A DNA stretch of 64,000 nt from Alphaproteobacteria bacterium (lineage in GTDB: Bacteria > Pseudomonadota > Alphaproteobacteria > SPJN01), in the NCBI GenBank assembly GCA_965227065.1, contig CBDDFN010000019.1, forward strand, positions 6,731 to 70,730. The letters are read 5' to 3'. Under the pieces are notes generated by a model. It made no database searches, was not told the DNA's origin, and saw only the letters and a list, made by a program, of their open reading frames with translations. Made by a program: the position numbers and the translations under genes. Of the stretch, positions 57,228 to 64,000 are shown piece after piece (the first letter of the stretch is position 1; each line of letters begins with the position of its first letter).

Positions 57228-58496
57228 ATGAAATTCGGCATTTTCTACGAACATCAATTGCCGCGCCCCTGGGGCGAAGGCGACGAACACAGGCTTTTCC
57301 AGGATGCGCTTGATCAGGTCGAACTGGCCGACAAGATCGGCATCGACCATGCCTGGGAAGTCGAACATCATTTCCTGGAAGAATATTCCCACAGCTCGGC
57401 GCCTGAAGTGTTTCTGGCCGCCTGCTCACAGCGCACTGAACGCATCCGGCTGGGCCACGGCATCGTGCTCATGCCGCCCAAATATAATCCCCCCGCGCGG
57501 GTGGCCGAACGGATCGCCACGCTTGATCTGGTCTCCAATGGCCGGGTCGAATGGGGGACCGGGGAAAGCTCAGCCGCGCTGGAGCTTGAAGGCTTTAACA
57601 TTCCGGTTGAGCAAAAGAGGGCCATGTGGCGCGAATGTGTCGAGCAGACCGCCAATATGATGGTGATGGACCCCTATCCCGGTTTTGAGGGTGAGTTCTT
57701 CTCCATGCCCTGCCGCAATGTGGTGCCCAAGCCGGTGCAAAAGCCCCATCCGCCTTTGTGGGTGGCCTGTTCGAACCGTGAAACCATCAAGCTTGCCGCC
57801 CGTCTGGGCATCGGCGCGCTCACTTTCGCCTTTGTCGACCCTTCCGAGGCCAAGCAGTGGGTCGATGATTATTACCGCATCTTCAAAGAGGAATGCGTGC
57901 CGATCGGCCATGCGGTGAACCCCAATATCTGCATGGTGTCGGGCTTTTCCGTGCACGCGGACGCGCAGGAAGCGATTGCGCGCGGTATTGACGGGTTTCG
58001 CTTCTTCGGCTTTGCGCTCGGCCACCACTATATTTTCGGTGAGCACAAGCCGGGCCGCACCGACATCTGGAAGGCGTATGAAAAAGCCCGCGCCCATATG
58101 GACAATGAGGTCGGCAACGGCATCGGCACACCCGACCAGCTGCGCGAGCATTTGCGCAAATTCGCCGCCTCGGGCGTCGATCAGGTCGCCTTCATCCAGC
58201 AGGGCGGCCGCAATCGGCACGAGCATATTTGCGAAGCCCTTGAGCTGTTCGCGCGTGATGTCATGCCCGAATTCAAGGAACGCGAAGCCGAACGCCAAAA
58301 GGCCAAAGAAGAAGAGCTCGCGCCCTATATTGAGCAAGCCTTCAAGCGCAAGCAGTATATGGCCGAACTGGCCGATGCCGACATTCCGGTCGTCACTGCG
58401 CTTGGCCGCCGCATCGCCGAGACCTCGTCCAACCTGACCGAAGAGCAGCAAAAACGCTTCGAGAAGCTCAAACAGGCGGGCGAAGCCGGTGAGTAA
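57228..58496 (+). CDS. LLM-class flavin-dependent oxidoreductase
   Basis: MKFGIFYEHQ...WEVEHHF is the TIM-barrel luciferase-like N-terminus. 422 aa. It belongs to a different subfamily from the LLM at 4541-5779. Confidence 0.82.
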   Translation: MKFGIFYEHQLPRPWGEGDEHRLFQDALDQVELADKIGIDHAWEVEHHFLEEYSHSSAPEVFLAACSQRTERIRLGHGIVLMPPKYNPPARVAERIATLDLVSNGRVEWGTGESSAALELEGFNIPVEQKRAMWRECVEQTANMMVMDPYPGFEGEFFSMPCRNVVPKPVQKPHPPLWVACSNRETIKLAARLGIGALTFAFVDPSEAKQWVDDYYRIFKEECVPIGHAVNPNICMVSGFSVHADAQEAIARGIDGFRFFGFALGHHYIFGEHKPGRTDIWKAYEKARAHMDNEVGNGIGTPDQLREHLRKFAASGVDQVAFIQQGGRNRHEHICEALELFARDVMPEFKEREAERQKAKEEELAPYIEQAFKRKQYMAELADADIPVVTALGRRIAETSSNLTEEQQKRFEKLKQAGEAGE

Positions 58497-58549
58497 ATTC
58501 TTGTTTTGTTCTCCTCGCCGTCCTACAGTGACGGCAGGGAGGACGGACC

Positions 58550-58957
58550 ATGAAAAACCGCATTTCCATGATCACGCTGGGCGTTGACGACCTTGACGCC
58601 TCCATCGCCTTTTATCGTGATGTGTTCGGGTTTGCGCGCGTCGGCTCTGAGGACGGCATCGCCTTTTTTGAACTCAATGGCAGCTGGCTGTGCCTCTATG
58701 GCAAAGACGGGCTCGCCAAGGATGCCAAGGCTGAGGTGGGAACAGGGTTTCCCAACATCACCTTGAGCCAGAACCTCGCCAGTGAAGCCGAAGTGGATCA
58801 AACCTATGCTGCGCTGATCGCGGCGGGCGCAACGCCTGTTTCTGAACCCCACAAAGCCTATTGGGGCGGCTATTCGAGCTATGTTGCCGACCCCGACGGG
58901 TATCGGTGGGAACTGGCGCATAATCCGTTCGGCTGGATCGGCCCCAGGGACGACTGA
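58550..58957 (+). CDS. VOC (glyoxalase/bleomycin-resistance) family protein
   Basis: 135 aa with the beta-alpha-beta-beta-beta VOC pattern (ISMITLGVDDLDASIAFYRDVFGF). Confidence 0.8.
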   Translation: MKNRISMITLGVDDLDASIAFYRDVFGFARVGSEDGIAFFELNGSWLCLYGKDGLAKDAKAEVGTGFPNITLSQNLASEAEVDQTYAALIAAGATPVSEPHKAYWGGYSSYVADPDGYRWELAHNPFGWIGPRDD

Positions 58958-59014
58958 CCTTTATTTCGCGCGCCGGAGCGCCTATGTGTGAAGCTCATAG
59001 TGAGGTGAGTACCC

Positions 59015-61657
59015 ATGGACGCGCGTCAGACCGATCAAGCCCCGCAAACCATTCAGTTGAGCGACTATCGCCCGCCCGCCTGGGTGATCGAGCATGTCGC
59101 CCTCACCTTCGAGCTTGAGGCTTCCAGCACCCGCGTGCTGAGCACGCTGAAACTCTCCCCCAATCCTGAGGCGCAGCCAGGCCAGCCGATCCGCCTTGAT
59201 GGCGAGGCGCTGGAGCTATTGTCCATCTCCAGGGACGGCGTTGCCCTGAGTGAAGCCGATTATGTGCGCGATGAAGACAGCCTCACCTTGGAGGCGAACG
59301 GCCCGACGGTTCTTCACATCGAAACCGCGATCAATCCGGCGGCCAACACACGGCTTGAAGGGCTTTACGTCTCAAGCGGCAATTTCTGCACCCAGTGCGA
59401 GGCCGAAGGCTTCCGCCGCATCACCTATTTCCCGGACCGGCCCGATGTGATGACGCGCTTCACCGTCACCATGCGTGCCGACAAAACCGCCTATCCCGTG
59501 CTTTTGTCTAACGGCAATCTGGTCTCTCAGCAGGACCTCGACGGCGGGCGGCACGAAGCGGTGTGGGATGACCCCCACCCCAAGCCAAGCTATCTGTTTG
59601 CACTGGTCGCAGGCGCGCTTGATTGTCTGGTAGACAGTTTCACCACCCAATCGGGCCGCACCGTCGCTTTGCGCATCTTTGTCGAAAAGGGCGAAACCCC
59701 GCGTGCCGCCTACGCCATGGATGCGCTCAAACGTTCCATGAAATGGGACGAAGACACTTATGGCCGGGAATATGATCTCGACCTGTTCAACATTGTGGCC
59801 GTGTCCGATTTCAATATGGGCGCGATGGAAAACAAAAGCCTCAATGTTTTTAATGCAAAATTCATTCTGGCTGACCCTGAGACCGCAACCGATATGGACT
59901 ATGCCTTTATCGAGTCGGTCGTCGCCCATGAATATTTCCACAATTGGTCGGGCAACCGGGTCACCTGCCGCGACTGGTTCCAGCTGTCGCTGAAAGAAGG
60001 CTTTACTGTTTTCCGCGATCAGCATTTCTCGGCCGATATGCGGTCGGCGCCGGTTCAGCGCATTCAGGATGTCCGCCAGTTGCGCGCCCGCCAGTTCCCC
60101 GAAGATGCCGGGCCGCTCGCCCATCCGGTGCGGCCCGAAAGCTATATCGAGATCAATAATTTCTACACCGCCACCGTTTATGAAAAAGGCGCGGAAGTCG
60201 TGCGCATGCTGCAAAGGCTGGTCGGTACAGCAGGTTTCCGCGAAGGCAGCGATCTGTATTTTGACCGCCATGATGGCCAGGCGGTGACGTGCGAGCATTT
60301 TGTGCGCGCCATGGAAGACGCGACAGGGCGCGATCTGGGTCATTTCATGCGCTGGTATAGCCAGGCCGGCACACCCCACGTCACCTATACAGGCACTTAT
60401 GATGAACGCGCACAGCGTTATGTGCTGAGCGTCCGGCAGGAAACCAGCCCCACACCGGGGGAGCCCGCAAAAGACCCGCTGGTCATTCCGCTGGGCCTTG
60501 GCCTTGTCGGTCCCGATGGCCGCGACCTTGAAGGGGTCAGCCCCGATCCTGCGGCCCAAATTCTGCAAAGCGCTGAGCAGACCATCACATTTGACAATGT
60601 CCCCACCCGCCCGGTCCTGTCGGTCAATCGCGGCTTTGCCGCACCGGTCATTGTGCATCGCGAGCTGGGGGATGATGATGCCGCGCATCTGATGGCATTT
60701 GACCCTGATCCGTTTGCCCGCTTTGAGGCCGCGCAGAGTTTTGCCACAAGGCTGGTTCTGGGCTGGGTGTCGGCCCTTCAGGCGGGACGCGGGCTTGAAC
60801 CCGCCGACCGTTTCATAGAGGCATTCGGCACCGTGCTCAAAGATGAGGGCCTTGATCCGGCCTTCAAGGCCGAACTGTTGAGCCTGCCCTCTGAAGACTA
60901 TCTCGCCGACCAGATGGCAACGGTTGATGTGGACCGCATCCATATGGCGCGCGAACGGCTCATGCAGGCGCTTGCGCAGGAGCATCGAGACGCCTTGATG
61001 GCCACCTATCACGGTTTGCAATCCAACGCGCCATTCAGCCCCGATGCGCAATCAGCCGGTGAACGCGCGCTCAAAAACACCGCGCTCATGCTGCTCGCCC
61101 GGCTGGAAAGCGACCGCGAGGCCGCCCCCCTGCCGCACACCGCCTTTGATGGTGCCACCAATATGACCGACCGGATGGCCGCCCTTCATGCGCTTAATCT
61201 GCAATCGAATGAAAGCGCGCGGGCCGAGGCGCTCGACAGCTTCTATCAGCGCTTTGAGAAAAACCCCCATGTCATCGACAAATGGTTTGTGGTTCAGGCA
61301 GTCCGGCCCCATGCCGAGACGCTGAGTGCGGTGGAGGCCCTTCTCGATCATCCTGCCTTTTCGATGAAGAACCCCAACAAGGTGCGCAGCCTGATCGGCG
61401 CTTATGCCAGCTCAAACCCGGTGGGCTTCCACCGGGCAGACGGGGCGGGCTACCGCTTCCTCGCCGACCGCATTTTGGCGCTTGATGCCATCAATCCCCA
61501 GATTGCCGCGCGCCTTGTTGCCCCGCTCGGCCAATGGCGGCGCTTTGATGCCGCCCGCGCAAGCGCAATGAAGGATGCGCTGGATGCCATCCTCACCGCT
61601 CAAGGGTCGCGCTCGAAAGACGTGTATGAAATGGCCAGCAAGGCGCGCAGCGCCTAA
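59015..61657 (+). CDS. pepN: aminopeptidase N
   Basis: M1 family: GAMEN motif and HEYFHNWSGN...E zinc site. 880 aa. Confidence 0.95.
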   Translation: MDARQTDQAPQTIQLSDYRPPAWVIEHVALTFELEASSTRVLSTLKLSPNPEAQPGQPIRLDGEALELLSISRDGVALSEADYVRDEDSLTLEANGPTVLHIETAINPAANTRLEGLYVSSGNFCTQCEAEGFRRITYFPDRPDVMTRFTVTMRADKTAYPVLLSNGNLVSQQDLDGGRHEAVWDDPHPKPSYLFALVAGALDCLVDSFTTQSGRTVALRIFVEKGETPRAAYAMDALKRSMKWDEDTYGREYDLDLFNIVAVSDFNMGAMENKSLNVFNAKFILADPETATDMDYAFIESVVAHEYFHNWSGNRVTCRDWFQLSLKEGFTVFRDQHFSADMRSAPVQRIQDVRQLRARQFPEDAGPLAHPVRPESYIEINNFYTATVYEKGAEVVRMLQRLVGTAGFREGSDLYFDRHDGQAVTCEHFVRAMEDATGRDLGHFMRWYSQAGTPHVTYTGTYDERAQRYVLSVRQETSPTPGEPAKDPLVIPLGLGLVGPDGRDLEGVSPDPAAQILQSAEQTITFDNVPTRPVLSVNRGFAAPVIVHRELGDDDAAHLMAFDPDPFARFEAAQSFATRLVLGWVSALQAGRGLEPADRFIEAFGTVLKDEGLDPAFKAELLSLPSEDYLADQMATVDVDRIHMARERLMQALAQEHRDALMATYHGLQSNAPFSPDAQSAGERALKNTALMLLARLESDREAAPLPHTAFDGATNMTDRMAALHALNLQSNESARAEALDSFYQRFEKNPHVIDKWFVVQAVRPHAETLSAVEALLDHPAFSMKNPNKVRSLIGAYASSNPVGFHRADGAGYRFLADRILALDAINPQIAARLVAPLGQWRRFDAARASAMKDALDAILTAQGSRSKDVYEMASKARSA

Positions 61658-61782
61658 TTTCGCGCTCACGGCTGTCGCGGCTTGAGCCGCTTGCCTCCGC
61701 GTGGGCGGCGGAAAAGTCCGCCGGGCCGCCAGTCGGCGGCCAGGGGAAATACCGGTGAGATCCGGTACAGCGTTCTCACACC

Positions 61783-63192
61783 TTAGGAGTGGACGGGTTT
61801 TCCGGTCGTGGACATGGCCGCTTCCTTGACGGCTTCGGACATGGTGGGGTGCGCATGACAGGTGCGCGCCATGTCTTCCGATGAGGCGCCAAGCTCCATC
61901 GCCATACCCGCTTCGCCGATCAGCTCACCGGCACCGGGGCCGATAATGTGCACACCGAGCACGAGATCGGTGTCTTTCGACGCCAGCACTTTGACAAAGC
62001 CTTCGGTCTGCTGGATCGCCTTGGCGCGCGAATTGGCGGCAAAGGGAAACTTGCCCTTGGTGTAGGCGATGCCCGCTTCCTTCAGCTCTTCTTCGGTCTT
62101 GCCGACCGACGCCACTTCGGGGTGGGTATAGATCACACCGGGGATCACGCCGTAATTGACATGGCTCCACTTGCCCGCGAGATGGTCGGCCACAGCAAGC
62201 CCCTCATCTTCGGCCTTGTGGGCCAGCATGGGTCCGGGGATGACATCACCGATGGCATAAATGCCGTCCACATTGGTCTTGAAATTGTGATCAACCTCAA
62301 CCACGCCGCGGTCGGTCATCTTGACGCCGACAGCGTCAAGGCCAAGCCCGTCCGTATAGGGCTTGCGGCCAATGGCGACGAGCACAACGTCCGCCTCATA
62401 GCTTTCCACGTCTCCGCCTTTGACCGGCTCGGCCGTCACGGTGACGCTGTCGCCCTTGCGCTCAACGCCGGTGACTTTCGTGGAGAGTTTGAAGTCAAAA
62501 CCCTGTTTTTTGAGCGTGCGCTGGAACTGCTTGGCAATTTCTGAATCCATGCCCGGCGTAATCCGGTCCAGAAATTCGATGACGGTGACCTGGGAGCCAA
62601 GTCGCGCCCAGACCGAGCCAAGCTCAAGCCCGATGACGCCCGCCCCGATCATGACCATTTTCTTGGGCACTTCAGGCAGGGCCAAGGCACCGGTCGAGCT
62701 GACCACGCGCTCTTCATCAATTTCGATGAAAGGCAGGCTGGCAGGTTCCGACCCCGTCGCGATCAGAATATTTTTCGCCTCAAGCTCCTGCGCGCCACCA
62801 TCATTGAGCGCAACAGACACCTTGCCCGGCGCGGTGATGGTGGCGGTGCCGTCAATGCGGGTGACCTTGTTTTTCTGGAACAGGAAATCAATGCCGCCGG
62901 TCAGCCCGTCAACCACTTCGGTTTTATAGGCCATGAGCTTTTCAATATTCATCTCGACCTTTTTGGTCTCGATGCCGAGCCCGTCAAAGTCGTGATGGGC
63001 CATCTCGTAAAGCTCGGTCGAATGCAGCAGGGCTTTGGACGGGATACAGCCGACATTGAGGCATGTGCCGCCCAGCGCGCCGCGCTTGTCGATGCAGGCG
63101 GTTTTCAGCCCGTTCTGCGCCGCGCGGATGGCCGCAACATAGCCGCCGGGGCCCGCCCCGATGACAACAAGGTCGTATGCATCACTCATCAC
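61783..63192 (-). CDS. lpdA: dihydrolipoyl dehydrogenase (E3)
   Basis: [17 protein letters not shown] redox disulfide and a C-terminal HAHPT motif. It sits directly downstream of an E2 gene. Confidence 0.93.
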   Translation of the reverse strand: MMSDAYDLVVIGAGPGGYVAAIRAAQNGLKTACIDKRGALGGTCLNVGCIPSKALLHSTELYEMAHHDFDGLGIETKKVEMNIEKLMAYKTEVVDGLTGGIDFLFQKNKVTRIDGTATITAPGKVSVALNDGGAQELEAKNILIATGSEPASLPFIEIDEERVVSSTGALALPEVPKKMVMIGAGVIGLELGSVWARLGSQVTVIEFLDRITPGMDSEIAKQFQRTLKKQGFDFKLSTKVTGVERKGDSVTVTAEPVKGGDVESYEADVVLVAIGRKPYTDGLGLDAVGVKMTDRGVVEVDHNFKTNVDGIYAIGDVIPGPMLAHKAEDEGLAVADHLAGKWSHVNYGVIPGVIYTHPEVASVGKTEEELKEAGIAYTKGKFPFAANSRAKAIQQTEGFVKVLASKDTDLVLGVHIIGPGAGELIGEAGMAMELGASSEDMARTCHAHPTMSEAVKEAAMSTTGKPVHS

Positions 63193-63200
63193 ACCAGTCC

Positions 63201-64000
63201 TTACAGATCAACAAGCAGGCGGTTGGGCTGCTCAAGATTATCTTTTAACCGCACCAGGAAGGTCACCGCTTCCTTGCCGTCAATGATGCGGTGATCATAG
63301 CTGAGCGCCAGATACATCATCGGGCGGATTTTGATCTCGCCATTCACCACCATCGGGCGTTCCTGAATTTTATGCATACCCAGAATGGCCGATTGCGGCG
63401 CATTGAGGATCGGCGTCGACATTAGCGAGCCGTAAATGCCGCCATTGGAAATGGTGAAGGTGCCGCCTTGCAGATCGGCCATGGAAAGATTGCCATCGCG
63501 CGCTTTCTTGCCCAGATTGCCGATCTCTTTTTCAATGTCGGCAAAACCCATCTGATCGGCATCGCGCACCACTGGAACAACGAGGCCGTTTTCGGTGCCG
63601 ACCGCAACGCCGATATCATAATGGTTCTTGTAGACAATATCAGTGCCGTCAATCTCGGCATTGACCGCGGGCAGTTCTTTCAGCGCGGCAATCGAGGCTT
63701 TGACGAAGAAGCTCATAAAGCCGAGCTTGACGCCGTGTTTCTTCTCAAACTCGCCTTTGACCGAATTGCGCAGCGCCATGATTTCGGTCATGTCGACTTC
63801 GTTAAACGTGGTCAGCATGGCGGCCGTGTTCTGGGCTTCCTTCAACCGCCGGGCAATGGTCTGGCGCAGGCGCGTCATGCGCACACGTTCTTCGCGCGGG
63901 CCGGTTTCACGCGGCGCAGCCGGTGGCGCGGCAGCAGGCGCGGGCGTGGCCGCCAGGGCATCGCCTTTGGTCACCCGGCCGCCGGGGCCGGTGCCGTCAA
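63201..64000 (-). CDS. sucB: 2-oxo-acid dehydrogenase E2 (dihydrolipoyllysine-residue succinyltransferase, likely SucB), 3' portion; the window ends inside the gene
   Basis: Catalytic domain with the DHRIIDG motif, preceded by an Ala/Pro-rich linker. sucB-lpdA adjacency is typical of alphaproteobacteria. Confidence 0.8.
   Translation of the reverse strand, partial: DGTGPGGRVTKGDALAATPAPAAAPPAAPRETGPREERVRMTRLRQTIARRLKEAQNTAAMLTTFNEVDMTEIMALRNSVKGEFEKKHGVKLGFMSFFVKASIAALKELPAVNAEIDGTDIVYKNHYDIGVAVGTENGLVVPVVRDADQMGFADIEKEIGNLGKKARDGNLSMADLQGGTFTISNGGIYGSLMSTPILNAPQSAILGMHKIQERPMVVNGEIKIRPMMYLALSYDHRIIDGKEAVTFLVRLKDNLEQPNRLLVDL

Overview
This is high-GC (~62-64%) alphaproteobacterial chromosomal DNA, almost fully coding and mostly housekeeping. 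In order it carries:
- a pstC-pstA-pstB-phoU phosphate-uptake operon, then an LLM-class flavin oxidoreductase on the opposite strand;
- tRNA-Leu(UAA) abutting a cinA-like gene, then sfsA-map-radC-NUDIX and purB;
- a 1570-aa RTX / FG-GAP (integrin-like) secreted giant protein with no type I secretion genes in the window;
- a standalone gene for the F1Fo-ATPase inhibitor zeta subunit (DUF1476);
- purC-purS-purQ-purL-bolA-grxD, a frameshifted enoyl-CoA hydratase, and rpsD;
- a long minus-strand cluster nadE-gltX-cysS-cimA-rarD-trmJ, then DAHP synthase, gor, rpiA and accA;
- a complete ECF41 sigma-factor module (membrane protein, CMD/AhpD-like protein, ECF41 sigma) with its signature promoter;
- mcl1 (malyl-CoA lyase), xerD, a 568-aa secreted hypothetical protein, and aroK-aroB;
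- genes for a CNNM/TlyC-family protein, a NUDIX hydrolase, an AbrB-family membrane protein, nadK, moaA and glpK;
- an accessory-like block with two TetR/SDR modules, a class II aldolase, a second LLM oxidoreductase and a VOC protein;
- pepN, lpdA and the 3' end of sucB.

The most interesting item is a family of REP-like hairpin repeats (core GTCATTCCGG...CCGGAATC). Four short intergenic copies occur, and two inverted copies (17-bp perfect terminal inverted repeats) tightly flank a 97-aa GIY-YIG nuclease gene at 54710-55053. This resembles a REP/RAYT-style arrangement with a GIY-YIG protein in place of a tyrosine transposase.

At least four single-base indels disrupt conserved genes (phoU, a small membrane protein, the enoyl-CoA hydratase, and essential gltX). 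This pattern points to assembly or sequencing error rather than biology.
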